A stretch of DNA of 64,000 bases. Source: an uncultured Clostridia bacterium. Its GTDB lineage: Bacteria; Bacillota; Clostridia; Christensenellales; Borkfalkiaceae. Shown here piece after piece: positions 16,788 through 25,615 of this stretch. The DNA lies in contig CAZDAG010000007.1 of the NCBI GenBank assembly GCA_964503655.1, positions 7,713 through 71,712 on the forward strand, given 5' to 3'. Under the pieces are notes generated by a model. The model was not told where the DNA came from. It searched no databases and saw only the letters and a list, made by a program, of their open reading frames with translations. The position numbers and the translations under genes are program-made. Numbering within the stretch: the stretch's first letter is position 1; each line of letters opens with the position of its first letter.

Positions 16788-18110
16788 TTATAATTCTGCT
16801 TTTTTGCGCAGTTCCGCGCAGGCGGCAAGACAATTTTCGTAATTTTCGCCCTCCGCCATAATTCTTACGACCTCTTCGGTACCCGAGGGGCGGACGACCA
16901 GTCTTACGCCCAGACTTTTGGAAACTCTGTCAACATCTTTTAAAATAGTCGCCGCCGCGGCTTTTTTGTCCCTGACCGCAATGTTCACGCTGACCTGCGG
17001 AAAACTTTTGTAATCTTTAAGTAGCTGCGGCAGATCCTTTTTCTGTTCGACCAGAGCTTCCATTATCATAATGGCGGTAACAAGTCCGTCGCCGGTTGAT
17101 TCGTACTTCGAAAAAACCACGTGACCGCTGCGCTCGCCGCCCAGTACCGCGCCCGATTTTGTCATTTCGTCGCAGACGTTTTTATCGCCGACGTCGCACA
17201 CCGCGCACTCTATGCCGAGGGGGAGCAGGCTTTTTATAAGTCCGCCGTTGCTCAAAACGGTGCAGACTATTTTATTGCCCGAAAGCTCGCCGCGTTTTTT
17301 CAGGTAGTCGGCGCAGATATAAAGTATCTCGTCGCCGGTAATCACTTCGCCGCGGCTGTCGACGCATATACATCTGTCGGCGTCGCCGTCGAAAGCGAAG
17401 CCTATATCCAGCGAATTGTTTTTGACAAGTTCTACAAGTCTTTCGATATGAGTGGAGCCTACGCCGTCGTTGACGTTGGTGCCGTTGGGCGACACGCCGA
17501 CCACCGAAGTTTTAGCGCCCAGCGCGTCGAACACGCTTCTTGCAATCTGCCAGGCGCTGCCGTTCGCCGCGTCCAGCCCCACGCGCAAGCCCTTGTACGA
17601 ACAGGTCGAAAGAGATATAAGGTGACCTATATATCTGTTCCGCCCCGAAACGTAGTCGACCGTCCGCCCGATAGCTCCGCCCGAAGCGAAGGGAATTTCG
17701 CCGCTCCTGCCGTCAAGATATTTTTCGATTTCGGCTATCGCGCTCTCTTCCAGTTTTTCGCCCGCGGAGTTCATAATTTTAATGCCGTTGTCAAAGTACG
17801 GATTGTGGCTTGCGGAAATCATAATACCGCAGTCAAAACCTTCGCAACGGGTAATGTACGATACCGAGGGGGTGGTGGTGACGTGCAGAATGTACGCGTC
17901 AGCGCCCGACGCGGTAAGCCCCGCGGCAAGCGAGTATTCGAGCATATATGACGATAACCGCGTGTCTTTTCCGATAACCGCGCGGCATCTGCCGCCGCTT
18001 TTGCCGCCGTACATATGCCCCAGAATTCTTCCGACTTTGTACGCGTGTTCGGCGGTTATGGTTACGCCGGCTTCGCCGCGGAAGCCGTCCGTTCCGAAAT
18101 ATTTACCTAT
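16788..18110 (-). CDS. glmM: phosphoglucosamine mutase, apparently initiated at an ATA codon
   Basis: The ORF track begins at ATG 18014 (MYGG...). The 32 in-frame codons upstream encode the GlmM N-terminus IGKYFGTDGFRGEAGVTITAEHAYKVGRILGH. An in-frame TAA lies 6 codons further up, and GGAGGTG sits 4 nt before ATA (18110..18108). The active-site motif GIMISASHNP is present. Confidence 0.8.
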   Translation of the reverse strand: MGKYFGTDGFRGEAGVTITAEHAYKVGRILGHMYGGKSGGRCRAVIGKDTRLSSYMLEYSLAAGLTASGADAYILHVTTTPSVSYITRCEGFDCGIMISASHNPYFDNGIKIMNSAGEKLEESAIAEIEKYLDGRSGEIPFASGGAIGRTVDYVSGRNRYIGHLISLSTCSYKGLRVGLDAANGSAWQIARSVFDALGAKTSVVGVSPNGTNVNDGVGSTHIERLVELVKNNSLDIGFAFDGDADRCICVDSRGEVITGDEILYICADYLKKRGELSGNKIVCTVLSNGGLIKSLLPLGIECAVCDVGDKNVCDEMTKSGAVLGGERSGHVVFSKYESTGDGLVTAIMIMEALVEQKKDLPQLLKDYKSFPQVSVNIAVRDKKAAAATILKDVDRVSKSLGVRLVVRPSGTEEVVRIMAEGENYENCLAACAELRKKAEL

Positions 18111-18305
18111 AAAACACCTCCACCGTTAAACTGCGTTTACACGCATATGTATCTGCGCGGCAAACTGCCGTCAACTGTCTGTCAATACATATGCGCGTAA
18201 ACTTCATATGCCGCCGCGTCCATATGCGGACAAAGGGCAAAAACGGTTTATTTCCCGTATACATAGTATGCAAAACCCGTAAATTAGGGTTACCGCGCTA
18301 AAAAA

Positions 18306-18334
18306 TTGACTTTTATTTTGCAAATACTTATAAT
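18306..18334 (+). promoter_or_regulatory. consensus sigma-A promoter for the K+ uptake operon
   Basis: TTGACT (18306..18311), a 17-nt spacer, TATAAT (18329..18334). Confidence 0.7.
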
Positions 18335-18336
18335 GG

Positions 18337-18612
18337 AGGCACACGGTAGCCAAACCGAATAAGCCGCGACGCCGCCTTATTGTCGCTTTTCAGCAAATAC
18401 GCCCTTGCAGTACGTCCGTGTACAGCAGCGGACACCTTCGCAGAAAATCAATAATTCAATCGTCGCGGTGCTACGCAGTTTTGCCGAGCGAAATTAGGCG
18501 CAAGACAAGGCGAAACCGCGCAGGCGTACCGAGAGTACGTCAAGCGGGTTCAACGCAGTATTGTGTTTAATTACGCCGTCAAAACCTTATCCTGTTTGAT
18601 TACCGTGTGCCT
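18337..18612 (+). ncRNA. structured 5' leader (unclassified cis-regulatory RNA candidate) of the trkH/trkA-like operon
   Basis: A 12-nt perfect long-range pairing of AGGCACACGGTA (18337..18348) with TACCGTGTGCCT (18601..18612). Nested pairings include GCCGCGACG/CGTCGCGGT, GTCCG/CGGAC and CGTAC/GTACG. Confidence 0.4.
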
Positions 18613-18647
18613 ATGAGCGGGTCCTCCCCTCCCTTTAACGTAAATCT

Positions 18648-20009
18648 ATGAAGAAGAAATCTAAATTCAAACTTTCAATATGGAGAATACTTGCGCTCGG
18701 CTATCTCGTGACTATGATTGCGGGCAGCATTCTTTTGATACTGCCCTTCGCAACGAAATCGGGGCAGTCCACTTCCTATATCGACGCGCTTTTCACTGCG
18801 GCGTCCGCAACTTTCATTACCGGACTTGCGCCCTACGACACCGCAATTCACTGGACCATTTTCGGACAGCTCGTAATTCTGTTTTTGATACAGCTGGGCG
18901 GACTGGGTTTTATGACCATAGTCTCTATCATATTCGTAATGTTCAAGCAGGGCATGGGTTTGCACGAACGCCGCGTTATGATGATGGACGCAGGCGGCGG
19001 CAGTAACGCTCTGGGCGTTAAAAAACTGGTAGTACGTATAGTGGTCGGTTCGCTTATAATAGAGGCGGTCGGAGCGCTGCTTTTGTGTATAAGGTTCATT
19101 CCCCAGTTCGGCGCGGGCAAAGGTATTTACTTTTCAATCTGGCACTCTGTTTCCGCATTCTGTAACGCGGGTTTCGATTTAATGGGTACTGCCGACGCCC
19201 CCTTTGTTTCGCTTACGGGCTACGCGACCGATCCCCTCGTTTCCCTCACTATCTGTCTTTTGATTATTTTAGGCGGACTGGGTTTCTGCGTCTGGGGCGA
19301 CGTTATCGACTGCAGGTTCAACCTCAAAAAGGCGCAGCTTAACACGAAAGTAATACTTATAGTAAACGCAATACTGCTTTTTGGCGGCGCGGCTCTGTTC
19401 CTCGTTTTCGAGCGCGACAATCCTTCTTACGAGGGATATAATTTCGGGCAGAAGCTGCTTGCGTCCTTCTTCAATTCCACTACCGCGAGAACTGCGGGGT
19501 TATCCACCACCCCTCTTGAAAGTATGTCCGACAGCGGATACCTTCTGACTATCCTTTTAATGTTTATAGGCGGAAGCTCCGGCTCTACCGCGGGCGGACT
19601 TAAAGTCGGAACCTTCGCGGTAATTACTATGGGTATGTTAGGCGTGTTCCGCGGAAGACGGGATATAAATATAGGAAAAAGACGTATCGAATACTCGCTC
19701 GTGTCGCGCTCGCTTGCAATTCTTACCGCCTGCCTTATGACTATTATCCTTTCGACAATGATAATATGCGCGGTAGAAAAGCCGGAAGTCGTTAACTTCC
19801 ACGACGCGCTGTTCCAAAGCGTTTCGGCGTTGAGTACTACGGGACTCGGCATATGCGATATTGCAAGTCAGTGCTGGCTTTCAAAGATAATTCTTATAAT
19901 TCTGATGTTCGCCGGCAGGGTGGGTATACTTACCTTTGCGCTTGCTTTGGGCGAAAAGAGAACGGCGGCGGAAATAAGATTTCCGGTTGAAAATATTTTA
20001 ATAGGTTAA
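18648..20009 (+). CDS. TrkH/KtrB family potassium uptake membrane subunit
   Basis: 453-aa polytopic protein with repeated pore-loop-like GGLGF/GGSSGSTAGGLK segments. Confidence 0.85.
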   Translation: MKKKSKFKLSIWRILALGYLVTMIAGSILLILPFATKSGQSTSYIDALFTAASATFITGLAPYDTAIHWTIFGQLVILFLIQLGGLGFMTIVSIIFVMFKQGMGLHERRVMMMDAGGGSNALGVKKLVVRIVVGSLIIEAVGALLLCIRFIPQFGAGKGIYFSIWHSVSAFCNAGFDLMGTADAPFVSLTGYATDPLVSLTICLLIILGGLGFCVWGDVIDCRFNLKKAQLNTKVILIVNAILLFGGAALFLVFERDNPSYEGYNFGQKLLASFFNSTTARTAGLSTTPLESMSDSGYLLTILLMFIGGSSGSTAGGLKVGTFAVITMGMLGVFRGRRDINIGKRRIEYSLVSRSLAILTACLMTIILSTMIICAVEKPEVVNFHDALFQSVSALSTTGLGICDIASQCWLSKIILIILMFAGRVGILTFALALGEKRTAAEIRFPVENILIG

Positions 20010-20029
20010 AAATAAACGGAGATATAATT

Positions 20030-20683
20030 ATGAAATCTGTGTTACTTATAGGTATGGGAAGGTTCGGTCAGACCCTCGGCGAAAAGCTTTTGGGTATGGG
20101 CAACGAGGTTATGATCGTCGACAAGGACGAAGACGTTATAAACGCGCTCGCATCCAAGTACACCAACGCCCTGATTGCCAACTGTATGAACGTCGACAAC
20201 CTGCAGGCAATGGATATACCGTCCTTTAACGTGTGCGTGGTGACCATCGGCGACGATTTTCAGTCGTCTCTGGAAATTACGTCTATCTTAAAAGATTTGG
20301 GCGCGAAATACGTTGTATCGCGCGCCGATACCGAAATTCAGCGTAAGTTCCTCTTCCGCGTGGGCGCGGACGAGGTTATATATCCGAACAAGGATATTGC
20401 CGAAAAGCTTGCGGTCAAGCTGAACAGCGGAAACGTTTACGACTATATCGAAGTGGATTCGCAGCACGCTATTTTCGAGATTGCGGTGCCTGCAAAGTGG
20501 CACGGAAAAAATCTGATTGAAACAAACCCGCGCGCAAAGTACGGACTGAATATTCTGCTTATCAAAAAGGGCAAGAATATCGTGCCGTCGCCGGCGCCTA
20601 CCTATACTTTTGAAGAGGGCGACCTTATAATGGTTTTCGGCAACAAGGAGCAAATCCTGAATTTTACGAATAAGCATTCTTAA
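20030..20683 (+). CDS. TrkA/KtrA family K+ uptake regulatory subunit (RCK domains)
   Basis: 217 aa with an N-terminal GMGRFG dinucleotide-binding motif. It starts 20 nt after the membrane subunit gene. Confidence 0.85.
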   Translation: MKSVLLIGMGRFGQTLGEKLLGMGNEVMIVDKDEDVINALASKYTNALIANCMNVDNLQAMDIPSFNVCVVTIGDDFQSSLEITSILKDLGAKYVVSRADTEIQRKFLFRVGADEVIYPNKDIAEKLAVKLNSGNVYDYIEVDSQHAIFEIAVPAKWHGKNLIETNPRAKYGLNILLIKKGKNIVPSPAPTYTFEEGDLIMVFGNKEQILNFTNKHS

Positions 20684-20697
20684 ACGTTCCGTTTAAT

Positions 20698-20745
20698 CGC
20701 GTATCTTAATTGCAACACCGTAAAACAACTAACCACACATCAAAC
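20698..20745 (+). repeat. conserved 3'-UTR element, copy B
   Basis: CGCGTATCTTAATTGCAACACCGTAAAACAACTAACCACACATCAAAC, between the trkA-like stop (20683) and the terminator (20760). Confidence 0.6.
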
Positions 20746-20759
20746 TTGAATATAACAAA

Positions 20760-20787
20760 GCGGCGGCTTCGTAAACGAAGCCGCCGC
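20760..20787. terminator. intrinsic terminator after the K+ uptake operon
   Basis: GCGGCGGCTTC-GTAAAC-GAAGCCGCCGC, followed by GCGCTTTTTC. Confidence 0.7.
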
Positions 20788-21023
20788 GCGCTTTTTCTTT
20801 ATAGCGTAAGAAAGTCCCTCTCGGGACTTTCTTAATTCGGGTGTGGTTAATATGCTTCGCAGCATATTCCTGAAAGAGTTCGTTCGTATAGAACGTGAGT
20901 ACTCCGTTTTTAGTCATCTTACGGTCTAAACGCAATACCATTATATGACCCAATGGGTCATATGCCAACTATTTTTTTGACCTATCGGGTAAAATAAATA
21001 AAAATATCATTAAAAGGGCTTTT

Positions 21024-21233
21024 ATGATTACACTTGACCAAATACAAACAAGAATTGCAGAAACAATAAAGCAAAGCGGCATGACCCAAACCGCGATTGC
21101 AAAACAACTGAATATAAAACCAACCCAGATTTGCAGTTATCTGAAAGGCCGGAAAATGCCGGCGATTGACACGCTTGCAAACCTTTGCAAAATTCTGGAC
21201 GTTGACACAAACTATATACTTTGCCAGGACTGA
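21024..21233 (+). CDS. XRE family helix-turn-helix protein
   Basis: 69 aa with MTQTAIAKQLNIKPTQICSYLKGRKMP, a typical HTH_3 pattern. Confidence 0.75.
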   Translation: MITLDQIQTRIAETIKQSGMTQTAIAKQLNIKPTQICSYLKGRKMPAIDTLANLCKILDVDTNYILCQD

Positions 21234-21239
21234 AAAACA

Positions 21240-21267
21240 GCGGCGGCTTCGTTTACGAAGCCGCCGC
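21240..21267. terminator. bidirectional terminator shared by the XRE gene and the SbcC-like gene
   Basis: GCGGCGGCTTC-GTTTAC-GAAGCCGCCGC, the exact reverse complement of 20760..20787, with T-runs on both strands. Confidence 0.65.
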
Positions 21268-21273
21268 TGCTGT

Positions 21274-23808
21274 TTATATAGACCTACTGTTATGACAGGT
21301 AAAATAAATTAACTGCATCTTTTTGGAAAGCTCGCAAAGCAGCGTTTTGACCTTTTCGAGATGCTCGCCGTCCAGACTTACGAACGGGTCGTCCAGAATC
21401 AAAAACGGCTTTTCGGTCTCGTACATATTCCATATCAGCGCGAGCCTGAAACAGAACGCGCATATGGTCCGCTGACCGGCGCTCAAATGCTTTTCGCTGC
21501 GCTCCTTTCCGCTGCGCTCGAACGAAATTTCAAAGTCGCGGTTCATGGTAATTTTTTCGCCCAGCGTCTTTTCAAGCAGCGCGGAATAGTCTATAAACTT
21601 GTCGCGCACGGGCTTTACGTATTTGTCCTTTAAATTCTCTTCCGCCGTTTTAAGGCAGTCGATACACGCGGATAACAGCGCGTATTTTTTATTGTACTCT
21701 TCAAGCGCCTCTTCCGCCGCGCTCTTGTCGGCGAGATAGCCGTCCAGCTTTTCCACCTGCGACTCGTCGTCGCATATTTCCATGTAAAGCCTGTTAGTCT
21801 CGCTACGAAGTCCGTTGAGTTCCGCGTTCAGCTCCTCAACGTCAATAACGCCGCCCTGCGGCCGCTCAATTAGACCTCGTTCCTTTTTAAACTGCTCCGC
21901 GCGCGCTTTGTTCTGCGCAACTTTTGCGCGAAGATTTGAAAGAGTTCTCACGTCGTCCGCGTACAGCTTTATTTTTTCGCGCAGCCCCTCGCCGCTTAAA
22001 TGATAGGTCTCGCAGAACGCGGTAATACCTACGCCGTTTTCGGTTATCCTGTCATGAATTTCGTCCGTATTCTGCGCCGACTTACTCTTCCTTTCCGCAA
22101 GGTTCTGATACGCTGCAATATCGCCGCGCAAGCTTGAAAGGCTTGTCATATATCCGCCCGAATAGCCGTACTTTGCAAAAAACGCCTCAATCTTTTTTTC
22201 AACGTCCGCCTTTTGCGCGGACTTTTTTTCAAGCATTTCGCCGTCCGCCTTTTCCGCGTTCACCGCCTCGGTATAGGTTTTCAGATCCTCTTCAAAGGTG
22301 GAAAAATCAAACACCGGCCCGTTGGAAGAAAAGTATCCGTAGGGCATAAGAAACGCCTTTATGCCGTCAGAAAGTTCGGAAATCTTTGCTGACAGTCTGC
22401 GCCTTTCGGGGCTGTCCTGCGCAACGCTCGCTTTGGTGAATTTTTTGTTCAGATACAAAAATCCGTCTATAAGAAGGCACACCGCGCCCACGACCGCAAC
22501 TATGATACCTGCCAGAAGCTGTACGAACACAACGCCGATTCCGGCAGCCAGAACAAGCGCGGAAGCTATCGCAAAAATGAGATACAGTTTGGAAGTTTTA
22601 GCCGTACCCGACTGCGGCGCGGCGACCGGGTTCAGGTTGTACTCCCTTCCAGCCTCTTTAAACTCTTCAACTTTTTTGCGCGCGGCGTCAAGTTCTTTTT
22701 CTGTCGGAACGCCGGCAGCAAACGTGCGGCGCAGCTTCAACTCCTTTTCGGTCGGCTGCCTGCCGCCCGCAAGGCTTATTTCGGTATCCAGCGCGGCGCA
22801 GGTCTGTATATCTTTTTCGGTTTGTTTAATTTCGTCCTCTTCGGGAACGCCGCCCGAAAATACTTCTTTGAGTTTTGCAAGCTTCGCTTCGTCGCTCTCG
22901 TCAAAGATACGCTGCGAAAGTCTTGCTTTAAGCTCCGCCTCTCTGTCCAGAAGCGCGGACACTTTTTCAACCTCTTCCAAAGCGGGAACGCCGAAAGGAT
23001 AGCCGCTTTCAACAGCCTTTATTCTTTCGCCGTCGGCCTCTATATCCTGATAAAAGCCGTCGTATCTTTCCCAGTCCTTTAGAACTATATTCAGGGTCTG
23101 CGCCTTGTCCACCCGCTTTTCGAGCGCGGTAATTTTTTCGCAGTTTTCGCCGTGCTTTACGTACTTCGCCGCAAGCGCCGCCTGAACGTTTTTCGCGTTG
23201 GTTATCGCGTAGTTTAAATTTTCAATCTCGCTTTTCTTCGCGGAAATAGCGTCGTTGCCCGCGCGCGATTTTTTGTATTCCTTCCTCTTGTTATCCAAAA
23301 TTTTCAGCGCTTCGTCAAGCCCCTCGTCGCTGCCGAGCGCGAAACTATTCAGCTTCGCGTTAATGCTGTTCGTCGAGGAAATTTCAATTTCGTCGCTGCT
23401 TATAAACACAGTGCGCTCGAACGATTTCGCGTCTATCCCGAAAATCACCTTGCCTATATCCTCGCGCAAATCGCTCTTTTTGCCGTTTAAATATACCGTA
23501 CATTCGTCCTGCGTGTCGCTCTTTTCGCCGAAAAACCTCTCGATTTTATAGACCTTGCCGTCCGCCTCGAAAGTGAGGTTGCCGCCGAACTTTCCGCCGT
23601 CAAACGGGCAGAAATGCAGTCTCTCGCAAAAATCCTTGCTGTTACTGCGGTAGGGTTCAAGCCCGTAAAACATCGCCTTGATAAAGGACGCCAGCGTAGT
23701 CTTGCCGAAGCCGTTACTCTCGCAGTACGAAGTTAAGTTTTTATCAAAGGTAAAATCTTGCTTTTTGATTTTGCCGTAGTTTTCAATATAGCAGGATAAA
23801 AGCTTCAT
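21274..23808 (-). CDS. SbcC/Rad50-like (YhaN-like) AAA ATPase with a long coiled coil and an internal TM segment
   Basis: 844 aa with Walker A NGFGKTT, a long coiled-coil middle region, and a C-terminal signature/Walker B LSAGQRT...PFLILDDPFVSLD. Confidence 0.75.
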   Translation of the reverse strand: MKLLSCYIENYGKIKKQDFTFDKNLTSYCESNGFGKTTLASFIKAMFYGLEPYRSNSKDFCERLHFCPFDGGKFGGNLTFEADGKVYKIERFFGEKSDTQDECTVYLNGKKSDLREDIGKVIFGIDAKSFERTVFISSDEIEISSTNSINAKLNSFALGSDEGLDEALKILDNKRKEYKKSRAGNDAISAKKSEIENLNYAITNAKNVQAALAAKYVKHGENCEKITALEKRVDKAQTLNIVLKDWERYDGFYQDIEADGERIKAVESGYPFGVPALEEVEKVSALLDREAELKARLSQRIFDESDEAKLAKLKEVFSGGVPEEDEIKQTEKDIQTCAALDTEISLAGGRQPTEKELKLRRTFAAGVPTEKELDAARKKVEEFKEAGREYNLNPVAAPQSGTAKTSKLYLIFAIASALVLAAGIGVVFVQLLAGIIVAVVGAVCLLIDGFLYLNKKFTKASVAQDSPERRRLSAKISELSDGIKAFLMPYGYFSSNGPVFDFSTFEEDLKTYTEAVNAEKADGEMLEKKSAQKADVEKKIEAFFAKYGYSGGYMTSLSSLRGDIAAYQNLAERKSKSAQNTDEIHDRITENGVGITAFCETYHLSGEGLREKIKLYADDVRTLSNLRAKVAQNKARAEQFKKERGLIERPQGGVIDVEELNAELNGLRSETNRLYMEICDDESQVEKLDGYLADKSAAEEALEEYNKKYALLSACIDCLKTAEENLKDKYVKPVRDKFIDYSALLEKTLGEKITMNRDFEISFERSGKERSEKHLSAGQRTICAFCFRLALIWNMYETEKPFLILDDPFVSLDGEHLEKVKTLLCELSKKMQLIYFTCHNSRSI

Positions 23809-24866
23809 TACTCTATCCCCCTCGTACCGGACAGCGCTTTAAGCCCGTAAGAAATTATTTTAGCTTTGTCATCTTCGGAGTAGTCCGATTCGTAAACGGT
23901 GCGCACGAACTCGCCGGTAAGCGAGGTGTCGCCGTCGTAGGCGCGGACGTCTATTTTTTTGCGCGTTCTGTCCTTTACCCGAACGAACAGGCAGTCGCCC
24001 GAAAGATACTTTTCAACGTCGGAAACGAGGTCGTCCACCGTGAAATCAACTTCGCCGGTTAAGAGAATTCTGTAAACGTTTTTTCTGTCCGGCGCCACCT
24101 CTTCCTTGACTTTCAGTGAGGCTGCGTACGCGTCGCCTATCCCGGTTATATCCACGGACTTTTCGATTATCTCGTTTTCGGCGAACGGCACAAACCGGCT
24201 TGAAATTTTTCCGTCCTTTATATCAAGTTCAACGAACCCTTTAGCTCCCGTTTCGTCAAAGCCCCTGCCTTCAAGGCAGCCGCTGTACGCCCACGCGCCG
24301 CGGTTATCGAGAGCGCCGCTCTTGTATTCGTGAACGTGACCCAGCGCCAGATAGTCTATATTTTTATCTTTCAGCTTTGACAAACTAATCTTGTCCTTGC
24401 CGGCGGAAGTTGCAGTCTGTCCGTGCAGCATTACGATATTGCAACCCTCTTTTTCAAGGTTAAGCGTGGAATACAGCGAGGTGCAGTTTTCGCCCGTCAT
24501 CTCTATTCCGCAGACGGTTACTCCGCCGTACTCGTATTTGGTCCAGCTGTCTGAAAAGGTCTTCAGGTTTTCGTATTCACCCCTCTCGCCGTTAATATCG
24601 TGATTGCCGCGCAGGTACAAAAAGTCGATTTCGGGGTTGTTTGCGACAACGCTGAAAAAGAATTCTTTGTCCTTTTTAAAGGGGTTGTCGCCGTCGAAAA
24701 CGTCGCCGGACAAAAGTATTATTTTAACGCCGTTACTTTTCGCATACGCTACAAGGCGTTTGAAGGTATTCCTCACCGCCTCTTTGCGTTTGGTTGAAAT
24801 TTCACGCGGAAATGTACCGTCGATTTTCGAGCCGAGGTGTATATCCGCGCAGTGTATTATTTTCAT
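23808..24866 (-). CDS. SbcD/Mre11-like (YhaO-like) metallophosphoesterase nuclease
   Basis: 352 aa with the calcineurin-like motifs HCADIHLG, GDVFD, GNHD and GHVH. Its stop overlaps the start of the ATPase gene. Confidence 0.8.
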   Translation of the reverse strand: MKIIHCADIHLGSKIDGTFPREISTKRKEAVRNTFKRLVAYAKSNGVKIILLSGDVFDGDNPFKKDKEFFFSVVANNPEIDFLYLRGNHDINGERGEYENLKTFSDSWTKYEYGGVTVCGIEMTGENCTSLYSTLNLEKEGCNIVMLHGQTATSAGKDKISLSKLKDKNIDYLALGHVHEYKSGALDNRGAWAYSGCLEGRGFDETGAKGFVELDIKDGKISSRFVPFAENEIIEKSVDITGIGDAYAASLKVKEEVAPDRKNVYRILLTGEVDFTVDDLVSDVEKYLSGDCLFVRVKDRTRKKIDVRAYDGDTSLTGEFVRTVYESDYSEDDKAKIISYGLKALSGTRGIE

Positions 24867-24958
24867 AAAATTATCCTCAAACGTAATTGTGCACTTTTTT
24901 GCAAGCGAAGTCAGCGGGCTATATTTTACTTTTTAATTTGCCGCCCGCTAACTGAAAT

Positions 24959-25366
24959 TTATTTTATCCACCATTCAGGTGTTATTTCGCCTAGCCTTAC
25001 GGTTCGCCCAGCAGTATAATCAAGCATAATCTCAATATCTCTATATTTGCCGTTCGGCATAAGCTGTACCATAAGTTCACGGCATGCGCCGCAAGGTGCG
25101 CCGTTAGAGCCGTCAGGCGACATGCAAAGCACCTTATCTATTTCTTGCTCACCATTTGTAATCATATTGAAAATTGCATTCCTTTCAGCACAGATACCAA
25201 GAGTCGAACAAGCGTCGATACAAACTCCGGTGTATATCTTCCCTGATTTTGAAAGGATTGCCGCAGATACTTCTCCACATGTAACGTACTTTGAAATTCT
25301 GCGTTCATTCAGAACAGTTTTTGCCGCTTCATACATTTTAATCCAAATTTTATCCATATTATCCAC
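24959..25366 (-). CDS. cdd: cytidine deaminase family zinc enzyme (cytidine or blasticidin-S deaminase-like)
   Basis: 135 aa with CAERNAI and PCGACRE, the zinc-ligand motifs. Confidence 0.7.
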   Translation of the reverse strand: MDNMDKIWIKMYEAAKTVLNERRISKYVTCGEVSAAILSKSGKIYTGVCIDACSTLGICAERNAIFNMITNGEQEIDKVLCMSPDGSNGAPCGACRELMVQLMPNGKYRDIEIMLDYTAGRTVRLGEITPEWWIK

Positions 25367-25567
25367 CGTAAATTGCTATTTAACATAGTTCATTATATCA
25401 ATATCAAATAAAAAAAGCAAGGTCTGTTGTTTCAACCTTGCTTTTTATTTTCAGTAATTGATACCTTTAATCTTTGAAAAACCGTTTCCTTTTTTCCGTG
25501 TAAGCTCTTAAAAGTTCTTTTTAATTCCATGCGGCAAATAAAAAATTAAAAACCCCATTAAAAACGC

Positions 25568-25596
25568 TTGTAATTTTCGGGTTTTACTTATATAAT
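25568..25596 (+). promoter_or_regulatory. candidate promoter of tRNA-Gln
   Basis: TTGTAA, 17 nt, TATAAT, ending 20 nt before the tRNA 5' end. Confidence 0.5.
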
Positions 25597-25615
25597 AATT
25601 AAGCAATTAAATTAT

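Noticed and set aside
18111-18300. glmS ribozyme in the glmM-glmS leader
   Set aside because: The minus-strand sequence lacks the recognisable ribozyme core (AGCGCC...GACGAGG...). The only structure seen is an 18-bp hairpin.
18337-18612. c-di-AMP (ydaO/kimA-class) riboswitch upstream of the K+ uptake genes
   Set aside because: The context fits, and there are CCGAAU-like and GCCGAGCGAAA-like segments. But I cannot find the conserved G-rich motifs I remember for this class (CGGGGGACCC, GGGGUGAAUCC, CCCGAA..CAGCUAACCUCGUAAGCG). It is kept only as an unclassified structured leader.
20729-20968. 79-aa minus-strand ORF divergent from the XRE gene
   Set aside because: Its reading frame runs through two palindromes and the trkA terminator hairpin (translated as GGFVYEAAA), and its start lies inside the 10-1-10 palindrome. 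It is more likely non-coding regulatory DNA, although a small divergent gene cannot be excluded.
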